Assembly (NCBI GenBank): GCA_002633005.1
Contig: NMRA01000096.1
Span: 248,001-312,000 of the forward strand
Length of the DNA: 64,000 nt
From: Phoronis australis
Taxonomy: Eukaryota > Animalia > Phoronida
Reading direction: 5' to 3'
In this document: positions 1 through 12,400 of the stretch, piece by piece
How the letters are laid out: the number at the start of each line of letters is the position of its first letter
How positions within the stretch are numbered: position 1 is the first letter of the stretch
Program-made: the position numbers and the translations under genes
The notes under the pieces: model-generated
Told to the model about the DNA's origin: nothing
Seen by the model: the letters and a program-made list of their open reading frames with translations, nothing else
Database searches by the model: none

Positions 1-464
1 TTGAAAGTCCCATTAATCAGTTTCTAGGAATAAAATGTTTATTTGAAATCCATTCGAAAAAGCATGATTTTCTTTTTTCCATGTCGATTATTTAACTTCT
101 TCAAGCATTTATATTGCATAAAACAGTGAAGGGGCCCTGTCTCACTAAACTCGTTCTCAGATTGTCAAAGTCTGTTTTAACATTTTGATGAATCTGGCTG
201 GGATTGGGTAGAAAAGGCAACTTTGGTCAGAATACAACGCTGTCCACAGGGGTCTTATTTAACTTGTACAACACTTAGTCCTTTCCCGCTCATGTTTCCC
301 ATGTTTTCAAGATTGGTGCAAGGCCCTATTTTTGTAAAACAATAACCGCATGAGTTTGTGCCTTGCTCGCAAGCATGGTCTTCAGTTGCTTTTGACTTGG
401 TGTCTTTTTCTTTCTCTCTCCCTTCTATTGCCTACTCACCTTCTACCCCCTCTGGTGGCCACAG

Positions 465-3400
465 TCTGAAGATGGCCATGACGCAAACTTGCAGGTCTAC
501 ATCGCCAAGGAAATCTACGACAGCTCGTTGCCACTGCTCAAGAACATTCTGTCGGCATCCATCTTGGATTTCGAGCGTCTGCTCATTGGAACGGAAGAGG
601 GACTACACGTGGTTGAGGTGTCCAAGGACAGTGAGTATAGTTCCTTATTATTGAGAGGCTCGTCATGTGTTAAGACAATAATGTAAGAAAATCGCCACCA
701 AAGACTGCATGCTCGAAGAGTAACAAGTACTGTATTGTTCCACTTATTTCACACAAAATTATTAAATAATTGCCAAAATTGTAATTTTCCATTTTTCAAA
801 GGCTGACGACTTTGGTACAAGTAATGGAAATGTTGATTCGTGACATTTACACAGTATAAACTGTGCTTAGTAATCTTGATTTCTGTGCAGAATTTCTAAC
901 AAAGTAGAATTTCACTTGTCGCCCGTATTGCGTGCTAAACAAGGGAAGAATAACCGTAGATTGACGGTGTTATTTTCAAGAAATAAAATAAACACACTTT
1001 TACATATTCATATAAATGCACATTTCATTAAAAAGATGTTATGTTACTCTAGATTGTGTTACCACTTTTTTGCAAACATTTTGTGTCGGAAAAACTGCAG
1101 CATTTAAAAAATGTTATGCTGTTAATGCACGGGAGATGGCGCCCTCTTCTGGCTTGGTGACTATTGACATGGAAACTCGGTCACTTCATGCTCAGTTTGG
1201 CTTCAGGTCACGCTATTTCTATTGCTGTTTGTTACGTTCTCATGATGCTTGTAGGATAAATTTGACGATTCCTTCGGTGTTCACGTTCCTGCATTTTCTT
1301 TCTGATTTATCTTGGAAATTTGTTTCAGTTTCGCTCTGTCTTAAATTGGGTCACTATATTTTTAACTGCAGATTTGTGATCACTTCAGCACCTAAAGCTG
1401 AGTCTCTACGACCGCTGTTCTATACAATCAACGTGTGTGAACAATTCCATGGCTGTACCCCTGAATGCTCTGTGACCAAATTCCTCACCTGGATCTAAAG
1501 TTCAGCTGAGGAATCTGGTCTGAAGTTGAATCACCGTGTATGGAGCATTTTTGGAACGCGCGTGTGGAGTTTTGGGGAGTGTGTCTGGAGATTTTGAATG
1601 TGGGTTTGGTGTCTGCTGGTCCAAAAATGGGGTTTAGAGGTACACCTGTGGAGTTGGTTTTCAACCGCTGATAATAACTGACTCAATCGATTTTGCGTTT
1701 TTGAAAATAATTCTGTGAGCAGTAATCGAGTCTTTTATTTCAGCCTCGCACTATTTCGACCTAACCTTGCTGTTCGCCCATGTCTAAAGTACTCATGTCT
1801 TATTTGTAATTGTCACTTAAACAAATTCACTTCTATTTTGATTAGGAAAATCAGGTACTCGTATTCATCGACTCGTGTGTCTACTTGGTAGAGACCGAAT
1901 GTGGGTTACATACTAAAACCACCTCTTGTCTGTCCAGTCTGTCTTCTGATTCTCACCCTTGTTTGAACGCTTCTCCGCACTGCTTAACTCTCTGTTTATA
2001 TTGCAGCATCTGTGTGGCTTGTCCACCGTCTTGATTTTGTCGGCCATCTTGGTTTTGTCGCCATTGTTGGTTAATTGGACCCGCAGTACATTGTCCTAAC
2101 TGAAACGCTTTATCGCATCAGCGTAGACGTTTTGGTTACAGTGATTTATGTGGGACTGTGCTAAACAATAATTTTGGGACATTTTTTTATTCGATTTGGA
2201 GTGACTAATTCTCAGAGCTAAATTTGATAGGCATTTCCTTCTCTTCTGTTCTCTTGCACCTAAAATGAGAGGTCTAATGTTTGAGTTGTGCTTAACCACT
2301 GGAATGTATTGTATCAGAATTACTGACGAACTGTTGAACGCAGTGAGAATGTGATGATTCAAACACGATCCATTCCTAGAGCCTGTTGTGTGTGTTCAGG
2401 ATGTTTTACCATTTCTAGGGTTACTAGGTTTTAGTTATTAGATGGTGACTGGTCCCACGGTATAGGTTTCTTATTCCACCACTATCTGTGGATCACATCC
2501 ACCATAGTTAGACATGTTATAGAACACTCAAAATTTTGTTTAGTGCTCGCAGAAGCTCATTTTAGCAGATCCTATTTTTTTTTCTGTTTGCATACGGCAC
2601 TGAGTTTCTTTACACTAACAAAACGATTGGGTGCACTGTATTGCCAAATTTGAGACTCCAGCTTGTGAATGTCCTCAGACCTGTACTCTGCTGCTATTTG
2701 TTGTTTCGGAGCTTTCCTTCTCCGCCATGTCGCTCCCTGTGGAGAATCTGTCACAGTTTACTGTCAATCAAATGATCTGTCAACTTTCTTTGAAGCAGAT
2801 TTCCACCATCATCAATTTCAATATTTAGACAGTATTTAACTTGAAAATGTTAAATGCTTCAATAAAGTTCACTTGTAAACTTCCGATTGCTGTAAAGTTA
2901 CCTCTTAATTAATGGCGATTTTTCCTTCATTTAACAACTGTTGCTTTAATTAATTTATTGGTTGGTTGCACGATGACTATAGACTACAATACATGACAAA
3001 ATAAGCGGACAAAGTGCCACTTCCCCATCATGATGACAAAAATGGCTGTTTTGCCATTAAAATTGTAATTACAAAATGGCTTAGCCACGTTACTAAATTT
3101 CCTGTTGATTCCTCTTCAGTCTTAGTCATGGGAGAAGAGTACTTCCTCCTAGTCGTTATGACGGAATTTTGAGTCATTTCGTCTGACTACTTCTGGCATG
3201 TTTTGTATGTGTTACTTGTATTGTTGTATGTGTCGACGACTTACTGAGCTGCGTACCAATTCCCGTTACAGCCATCAGTCGAGTGGGTGACAAAAAGCAT
3301 GTCTACAGTATTGACTTGATACCAGAAGAACAGCTGTGTGTCACAATATCAGGTCAGTTTGAGCATGATTTCGTACTTACTAGCGTCTGACACAGGCAAA

Positions 3401-6400
3401 AATGTCCGCTCGAAAGTACGAGTGACGGCATATTTGCACTCTTATTGTTAGATTTGGGCTCATGAAAAGTGGCAATCCAAAAAACAAAAATGCCAGACAT
3501 CTGCTTGGGGCCCGTACGAGTGAATCGAGTGTGGCCAATTCTCTACTTGTACATGGTATTACTTTTTCGCTCGTTTACTCGCTTATGTCGAGCCCTGCTT
3601 ACTGTATGAGCTAGTCAATTGAATACAATGGAAAACAATGCCATTCTTCTACTTGGCAGTAGTTGCTGCATGAGAACACCCTTTGAACTGTTCAGTCATT
3701 GTGTACAGTTGCATTCTGTAGAATAGTGTGGAATATGTTTATTTCATTTCTTTCATCTGCTGGATTTTGTTCATTGCTACTGTTAATGTACGAGGTTGGG
3801 TTAATATTTACAGGACGGCAACGTCACGTGCGTCTTACCCCCGTCTCTGCCTTCAGCGGCTTTGACGTGGAGCCTATCAAAGTGAACGAGTCGAAGGGTT
3901 GCGCGTTTGTCTGCTCCGGTCTCATTCGTCAGGGCTCCAGCCACTGCCTCTGTGTGGCACTGAAACGATCTGTGCACGTGTACGAGTTGAACCGCACCAA
4001 GGTCCGGCACCGACGGGTCAAGGAGGTCACTGTGCCTGGTCAGGTGCAGTTTGTGGAACTGATGAACGAACGACTGTGTATCGGCTACCCCTCAATGTTT
4101 GCCATCTATAGCATCCAGGGCGAGGGCGCCCCCCTGAGTGAGTAACAGTAACATTTATGTAACTGGTGGTGGGTGGTTGGTAGTACATTTGTTGACCACC
4201 AGGAGTATATAGTATAGACAGCTGCAACTAGGTGGAGGTTATAATCTATATTGATCTTTTTACGCACAGACACAAACTGACCCATGAGCATTCCAGAATA
4301 GTAATAAATGGCAAATTTTAGGTTCGACATTTAGTTATTCGTTTCTCATTACTGGTAAGTAGTGAATCTCTTTGACAAGCTCTCAATTTCCCACAGTTCA
4401 TTGCGCAGTGGGTTCATTCGCTATCCATAAAAAGGTCAGTGAGTTAGAAGTGGTGGGAAGGTGAGATGCGCTCAAATGTAGAATGTCAGTAAGACACGTG
4501 GTGCCCGCTGGGTTATTGTAATTAATTCGTTTTTTGGAAATTTTTCCTTGGACCTTGTGAAATTTATTAATTTTATTGTTAGAAGAAATGTATCAACTAT
4601 ACTGTAGTATGATTCTTAGTTATTTTATCAACATGGGTGGCTCATGTGTGTATGTGTCTCCCTCAGGGCCCCTCCTGTTTATGTGTCTGCCTCGCGGCCC
4701 CTCCTGTTTATGTGTCTGCCTCGGGGCCCCTCCAGACAGCAGGACACCGCCACATTGCCGTTCATTTGACAAAATATTCATGACATATTTCGTGTTTACA
4801 GAAATCTCTGTCAGGTTTGAAGAATTGACACATTGGATATGTACTACATAAGCTATGAACCAGTCCAATTGCCAGCAGTTCCACTATAGTTAAAGGAGCA
4901 TTTTCTCCACGCGCCTTCTAAAATGCAAATACCATATATTAGGTTGCACTGACACTGAAAAAAATTCTCATACTGCACAGATTTATCTGACATATTAGCA
5001 GGAATCAACATGCCAGGTTTTTTGTTTAAAAGAAAATGTGTGATAGACTGCAGTTTTTATAACCTTTCCTTATGCATATGTTTGCCTTTTAACCTCTAAC
5101 ATCTTGGTTTTCAGCTCTGGTCAGCTCTGAGGACTCCTCCCTACAATTCCTTCATCAAAACCCTGTAGACGCCCTCTCGGCTGTAGAAATGTCACACAGA
5201 GAATACCTCTTAGTTTTTTCAAGTAAGCTCACCTGTCGCTGTGGGTAAACGTATGTTGATAACTGGACACTTTTTACACGCATACACGTACCCGTATGTT
5301 GGTACACGTTGACATGATCTCCATCTTGGTTGTTTATCCCAAAATTTGGAAACGATTGGCATGAAATCTGACAGATGAATCGGCGTATCTGATGTCTGTT
5401 TTCCAACTGGTCTAACTACTGCTGCGCCCCCTGTGGCAATTTTGTACGTTTCCATTTGTTTCTTACCAAACTTGTGAAAGGCCTTCATTGTACTTGAATG
5501 TTCCTACAGGATGGCACACATCAGTTTCTAATGCTGAGCCCCTTAATGAGAATTCTTGCTCTGCTGCTGTTATAAGCCAAAAAGCTTTCAGTCATTTGGG
5601 AAACGAATGTTTAATTGAATTAAGTATATTTTGTATATTTTCTCAACGTGTACGCGTATTAAGAAAGTTTGTTTTATTCTTGGTGATATACAGATGCCAT
5701 CAACTGAAAATTTATTTAAATAGATTTTTAATGAAGATGCAGTAGATTGTAGCAAGGACGACAGAAGAATGGAAAACGCTTTATTTTAGTTGAAAGATAT
5801 ATTAATGCTGACATAAGTATTTATTTCCCTTGTAGATTTAGCAGTTTACGTTGACAGTAGTGGCAAAAGAGCAAGAACCCAGGAGATTATGTTTCCTGCC
5901 CCACCACAAGCGATAAGTTAGTATCAGTCTATTTCTTGAAAAGACTTTGGGCTGCTGATTTCTGACGATGGCCTATAATAACGTTTTGGGTGTTAAACCC
6001 CGCCTTGTGGTAGTTTGGCTTGATACTTAGGGTGTAGATATGAAAGCTGGCTGAAGTCTTCAAGTCTTAGATAATTTACTGTATTCTGGAAGACAGCAGA
6101 AACATGAATCCTTTTAAAGCATACTTTATGTTCATGGCTGTAGACTGATAACTTACCATATATTTTTAAGAATCGGAGCCCGAGTCATTGTTATTGTTCA
6201 GTATATGGATACTTGAGCATTCAGTTGAGTTCTTTTCTTTGTTCCTGGGTGTTTTATTTTTTTCGTGGCAAAATACGTTCGCTTTCTCGCACCAGGCTAC
6301 TCTGCACCTTATCTGACGGCTTACTGTGAAGAGGCTGCATATGTGTTTGAGGTGCGCTCCTCCAGCTGGGTCCAGACCCTGTGTCTTAAGAAGGTAGGAC

Positions 6401-9400
6401 TAAACATTGTTCATTGTTTAAAGTATGTAAAGGCAGTTGTACTTCAGTAACAGTGTATTTGGTTATCTCAATCAAGTAGATCATGTTAATTGTTTACATT
6501 TACTGCAGTGGCTTCGGTGGGTTTCTCAATGTCAGAGGTTGGATTGCATACATTAAGCTGAGGTGCTAGTCCCGCACTCATAGTCGCCTTGTTTCTTATC
6601 CTCCAGCTGCGGCCCCTTTGTCGAGATGGTAGCCTGACACTGGCTACAGTCTCCGACACTCCTCGCCTAGTCTACATAAACAAGAAGAAGGACGACGACC
6701 GAATAGCTATCCCTGACCAGGTGAATGCCAAGGGCCGCAGTCTGAACCGCGCAAAGCGGCGGTTCTCATTCAAGACCAAAGAGGAGGAGAGACGGTCGAT
6801 GCCGTAAGTTGCACAGAAGTGGGCGTGGTTTAGTTAAACGGTTGATGACGGTATTGTTGACTGTGGGCTGAACTTTCAAACTGCTATAAATCTTTTCCCC
6901 TGTCAGGTGAACTAAATTTTGATTCTGTATACGGATTGTTATGAAATTGGTATCATCTTCCTCCTTACTTAAATCGAAAGTGATTTATGGGGTTAGGATG
7001 GACAGTTCACTGTTGCTTAAGACCAGGTTTAAGGGGGGGTTGGCATGAAGGGGTTGCTTCATGCGCTGAGCATAGTACTGAGCTGTAACAGTTGTCTTCA
7101 GGTCCAGATGTTGTTTTTAGGTCCAGAAGCAGCTTCTCATATGATAGCGAAACCAGTCTTTCAACTGAAGGGGTTGTTAATTGATACGTTATTTTTTTTA
7201 TGGAACTTGAGTTTATAATATCTTTAATCGCGCAACTAAAGATTTTGCAACAAATGCAGTTTCTCGAGCATTATAATGCAGCTTTGGCAATTATTCTCAC
7301 AATAGTTACAAAGTTTTGGCATCCAAGTCACTGGCCCAACTGAGATATGAATAGCATCTAAATTCAGCACAGTGGCCGCCATAGTGTTGTTAAATTAAAA
7401 GGAGTTCTTGAACCCCTTGTGCTATTTTTGTATGGTTCATTTCAGCGCTGATAGAAAGTCACGACTGATCTCGGGTCCGTCAAATTTCGCTCACATTTCT
7501 CACATGGGCCCTGACCAAGGCATGCGCATGCTGATAGACTTACCCCAAGGTGCAGACAACACAGCTGGTGCCGAACGGATCCCCCGCGTAAAGAGCCTTT
7601 TTGTGCCCAGTGGCAGGAATCCTCCAGAGGTCACGCGTAACAGGGCCCAGACATCACACCCTTCACATAATAATGGTAGGTGGGCTCATTACCTAGGTTT
7701 GCCTGAATGGCATGTTCCGTTGGAGAGACGACGAGTCCCAAAGTGGGGTTCGGTCTTGTCCTCGGCAGTATAATTTCTTAAATATCTTTAATGAGAAAAG
7801 TCTTGTTAGCGTTCGGCAATGCTTTCTCTCGATTCAGTTACAGCAGCAGTCGGAGCATAAAGAGGATACGATCTAATAGGTCAGAGTTCTTCACACACCA
7901 ACGTGTACTGTAATTACCGCTATTGTCTGTGGCATTGACTGGAGTTGCCATGTGTTTCCTGTGGTCAGTTGTGTAACATTTTGTCAAAAATCTGCTTCAC
8001 ACATACTCTGCTGTCAGTGGTTTCTGGCAGAGAAAATGTTGAAACGTTATGGAATTGCGTGCTGGCTTTAACCGTTGTCAAACTGGCTTTGGACAACTGA
8101 GAATTGTCGGAGCTTTCTGTTAATTTGTGTTCAGTTAAGATGATGTTGGTATTTAATGTCTGTACTGTTTGTGGCCAAAACAAATTCCTGTCGTATTGAA
8201 TAAGTTGAAGGATGACTTTGTTGTTCCTATAGTCCGTGTTAGTGCATGTGTTTTGTTTCAAATTGAATTTTCCCAATTTGCATTTGTTTGCTGCATTTTG
8301 TTTTGAAAAGCAACTGCCAAAGTCTTCCTTTTTATGGTTTATATTCAGTATTGCCGACCAACCCTGCCCCCTGTTGTCTAACTCAGACACTGCTTCCTTG
8401 CAGGCAACATTAGAAGGGACCACTCTTCGGCTGGTCATCTCCGGCCTGTTTCGATGTCCAGTATGTCCAGCTCGGAAGCCTCATTCATCTCCCAGCAGGA
8501 CTCCTCTAGTCTGACATATCCCTCTCCCATTTCCGAGGTAAGCCCTGTCGTGTCACGCACGAGTGCTGGGGTTTCGCTTGCGTGCTTGTCAAATACGCTT
8601 TCATCTCTAGCGCTTGTTTGTTTCTCAGTTTTACTCAAAGTTTCATTTGTTTTTATTTCTGGATATTCTTGTCTTGCAACTGTTGTTTTTATTTCTTGAT
8701 TATCAACATTTCACGCAGTGAGTTTTTTGGCAGTGAATCAAGTGCGGATCATTTTTATGGTTTACTTTGAACTTCAAACAAATTGTTTTTCTTACATCCT
8801 GCTGTGTTGGCTTAAGCAAATTTTTTTGTCTTGAAATTCTTCACTGAACGTTTTATTTGAAATAGCCTACAGCAATTTTCTAAATTTCGCCACCAACCCC
8901 TGCATAATAGTTTAACAGTGTTACAACATTTCCTTTTTTAGGCTTAGTGCATTGCTAAAATGTTGCCCACGGTTTGTGATTTTAATTCAGTGCAAAAGAT
9001 CATACTGATGAATAGTTCTTCAATCATAAATTGTTCAATTTTGTCAAGTCATTTTAAGAAATAACCCTCCACTTGTCCAACATTGTGTGTGCTATTAAAT
9101 TAAAGATGTTTTGCCATACTACTTCCTCATCAAGTATTGGGTGAAACCAGGGTGTTTCGTTTCAACATGTGACCATTCACTAATTGCTCGTTGAAGTCCC
9201 TGCTGATTTTTGTCCACCGGTTCACTATGACCTTGTGTAGTACCCAGGTAGCCCGCATAGTCGATAAGAAACACCCTTCAGCTTGGTGATTTAGTTTCCT
9301 GTACCACTGTAGTTAAAGGCATTTGATAGTTGACTTCAACTATCCATCTTGCTTTCTTCTCCACCTATAGGACTCGGGTGGATTTAACAAACGCTGGAGT

Positions 9401-9412
9401 ACATCAGTGTGA
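465..9412 (+). CDS. CDC42BPA: Serine/threonine kinase MRCK (CDC42-binding protein kinase), 3' part: CNH domain, CRIB motif and C-terminal tail. 5' exons lie upstream of the window.
   Basis: Phase-consistent GT-AG exons 465-630, 3272-3352, 3814-4137, 5115-5222, 5836-5916, 6296-6393, 6607-6803, 7446-7675, 8404-8537 and 9371-9412 total 1461 nt (487 codons including TGA). The translation VYIAKEIYDSSLPLLK...ERLLIGTEEGL...RVGDKKHVYSIDLIPEEQL...GRQRHVRL...CLCVALKR...RPLCRDGSL...KRRFSFK is collinear with the MRCK CNH region. CRIB motif is ISGPSNFAHISHMGP. The alpha/beta paralogue label is nominal for an invertebrate. Confidence 0.95.
3375..3597. mobile_element. Partial non-autonomous DNA transposon (hAT-like MITE end) in an MRCK intron
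   Basis: Ends in GTCGAGCCCTG (CAGGGCTCGAC on minus) with repeated (GT)ACGAGT/ACTCGC subterminal motifs. Only one terminus is recognisable. Confidence 0.4.
4652..4732. repeat. 29-bp minisatellite, about 3 copies
   Basis: ATGTGTCT(C/G)CCTCNNGGCCCCTCCTGTTT is repeated in tandem. Confidence 0.85.
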
Positions 9413-12400
9413 GGTAGAACGCATGCGCTCTCGTCAGAAAAACCACGCCCATTTGACACCTGTAACGTTTCATGGTGGGGTCACTGCCTTGTCCTCGGTG
9501 AACCGTGACGTGCACTGGCTCAAAGTGGACTTTGCAAGTGACCCTGACCACTTAGGATGACCTTGACCTAGACACTCTTTTGAGTTGTCACCCGCATAGC
9601 CTTCAGCAATCATACAAACACGTTGGTACAGTTAAAGGCGTACTAAACCAGCTTTCCGTCTCAAAAATCTTTTGATTTACGCCACTTGCCGTTAGGAAAT
9701 TGGACTCGGTTTTGTTCCTTAGTCAGAGTAGGTGTGTGATCTCTGGACTTGGTAATAATTGACAATTTGTTATTGGTTGAGACGGAGCTTTACAAGCTGT
9801 TGTCACGGCGCGTCAATGTATTTGTCGAGTCTCAAACCATAATGAAGTGTCAGTTCTTTGTAAGGCCAAAAATCACCTTTCATCTGAGTAAGGGACAAGT
9901 TGAGACCAATGTTGTAGCAGTAACAGGTCTAAATCAAAATTTAGTTTGTTTGAGGGAACGCTAGTTTATTGTCGTTTTAATGGGCTTTGTGAGTGACAGC
10001 TCTGTTTAGAACACTACCCAGTTATGACTACTAAATTGCCTGTTAGCCTTGAGATTATAGGCGCCAGGTGAGACATGGAACTGAGGTGAAAGTTTATTTC
10101 CCTCCAGTCGCGTGGCCCCAGGAGACGAAACTTGTATGAAATTGGGGGAAGTTGTGCGCGAGTCTTATCACATATGTTTTGTGTAACCTATCGAGGATTT
10201 TGAAATTGCGAAGTGAAACCAGGTGCTGTCTTTGGCGATGATTTTTAAACGATTCGGGCTCAATCTGTGTGGCGGTAATAGGTGACAGTGAATTGTCTGT
10301 TTCACGACTGGATCACACACACCCACTTTGGCGTCAGTTCCCCGTCAGTCCACCCCTAGTGTACAATAATGCTTTACTTTAGTTTTTCTCATTACTACTG
10401 TTTACGACACCAGTTTCCGATCTTCCCACATTCTTCCGCTTTCTTTTAAAGCTCTGGGTCAGCCGCCTGTTTTCCTTGCGTAAATATAGCTTTCAGTAGA
10501 TGTAGTACTGTTCCGTTCAATGCAGGTGACGTAGTTAAACGGATTGTATTGTCTTTGTAAATTGAGGTATTTTGTAATTTAACTTACCTGTCCCCATTTG
10601 GTGATGAATAAGCTTATTCAGCGATCTGTTGTAGTGTGCTGGTCCATATCATACAGTCACATTTGACAATTTATAAACAACAAAGCAGAATACTGCCTCT
10701 AAAGTGCCTTTCGAAGACGAGCTCTTAATTTAAAATCATTCCTAACACTAAAGTGACTCCCACAGTCATTGTTGGTCAAAATATGTGTTAGTTACTACTA
10801 TGTTGTAAAGATTAGCTGTGCTCTAATATGTGAAGCCCAAGCACTTAAAACCATTAAGCCGTAATTACTATTTATTCTGTGGTGCACGGATACGTATGAT
10901 TTTTTTTTTTTCGGTTAAGTTTGAAGTTGAAAATAAACTGCTTTTGTGGCGGTTGCACCATTGGTGTATTTTGGTTACAGCGCTCTCGATGTATGTGTTA
11001 TCAGGGGTAGAAGTTTGGTATGTGCTAAGGCTGTCAGACTGATAGCGATATCATGTTCGCAAATTTGATATCATGTCAAATGTATTACAGTGGTGTTCAT
11101 AAGGACTTTAAGCTCAAGGGATCCTGCGTTTATGTGAAAGCAGAGAAACGTCACCAAATGTTGTTTCAATTTACAAAGACGATGCAATTTACAGCAAATT
11201 TAATTTGCGTTGTTTTATTTTTGTATTCCTGCTTGGTATGTTATGTGTTCATCGCTTTTAACCATTTATTTAAAAGACGAGAAGAAGTGTGATTTGAAAT
11301 GAACCCAGCGTGTCGTGCTGTTTCAAAGTGAGTGACACATTGAACACTTTCTGTTTCAACAAATTCTGATGGCTTGTTTGTAGGTCACTTAAATTTCTCA
11401 AACAAAATAATGCGCTTTTAGCAAGAGCAAGACTCAAAATTATTTGTATTTTCCTGAATTGACAAGCATTATTAACAATAATTTGCTCAAAGGAGTCGTT
11501 TGTTGTGGCGAAGAAAGTAATGAGTGAGTAATAATCGCTGACAAAACCTGGAACAAATTGCTTGCAAGAAAACTGAGATTGCTCAAGACCACGTGACATT
11601 GTGCAAATGAGTGACCTTGAGGTCTTACTGTCATGGACTAGCAAAATGAATGCCGTTGAAGCGATTGGTTGCGAGGCTGAAATGTTGAGTTATGGTAGCA
11701 CTTTATGGTTTCTGTTACATAAGTGAAGATTTTTCACCGCAAATGTCCTGGTTTACAGAATGCTGCTAAGTATTGGTCAATATGAGCAAAATGACATTTA
11801 GCCTCCTTCTAACCCAAGAAATCAACTCGATTATTGAGTTTGCTTCTGCAAGCTGGTTCATTTCAAAGGAGTTATTGTAACCGTTAAAATTCATTTCAGT
11901 CATGTGGTGTTTTGTTCTAGTTTCTGGCAATTTTTCGTTTTGATGGTGTCTGTTTATTTCTTGTGGAGACTTCTTGTGTTGCGAACCAAGGCACCACCAG
12001 TAAGACATTTGATTGGCCTCTAGTTCTCTTAGTAATACATATGGAATGAAAGCATTGTCTCCTGTTGCAGGATGTTGAGGTAGAGCGCCGTTCATTGGGT
12101 TCCAATGGAAGCAGTGACAGCCCTCATGGCTCAAACCGACTCAGTTTCTTCGACGAACGTGAACAAGGCTCGTCGGGTTCTGGCAGTTGGAACAGCTGAG
12201 TTGCATAGCGCCATCTATGGTGTATGATTCCTACATAACCATGGTTAATGAATGTGATGTAGATTCATTTCAGATTACGTTTTCTTTGTTCAAGTGCGTA
12301 AATACTGAATGTAAATTGTCACATTAACTATTCTTTCTAATGCCTTCGGTATTTCTGTAGATTCATGATCAAAGCAGTAAAGTACAACCGTGTACAGGCG

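Noticed and set aside
1016-1498. 160-aa intronic ORF, and similar antisense or shadow ORFs such as 7965-8438, 16375-16875 and 35114-35563
   Set aside because: No recognisable motifs. They are intronic, or overlap real exons in another frame or strand.
2008-2070. Possible cassette exon in the first MRCK intron
   Set aside because: The donor is weak, there is no homology, and the flanking exons already join into a collinear MRCK sequence.
7838-7885. Possible extra MRCK exon (acceptor TTCAG/TACAG ... GTCAGA)
   Set aside because: In the required phase it hits TAA after about 7 codons, and there is no homology support.
9410-9510. Stop-codon read-through of MRCK
   Set aside because: The TGA-G context is not a known leaky context, and the extension would mask the terminal PDZ-type motif.
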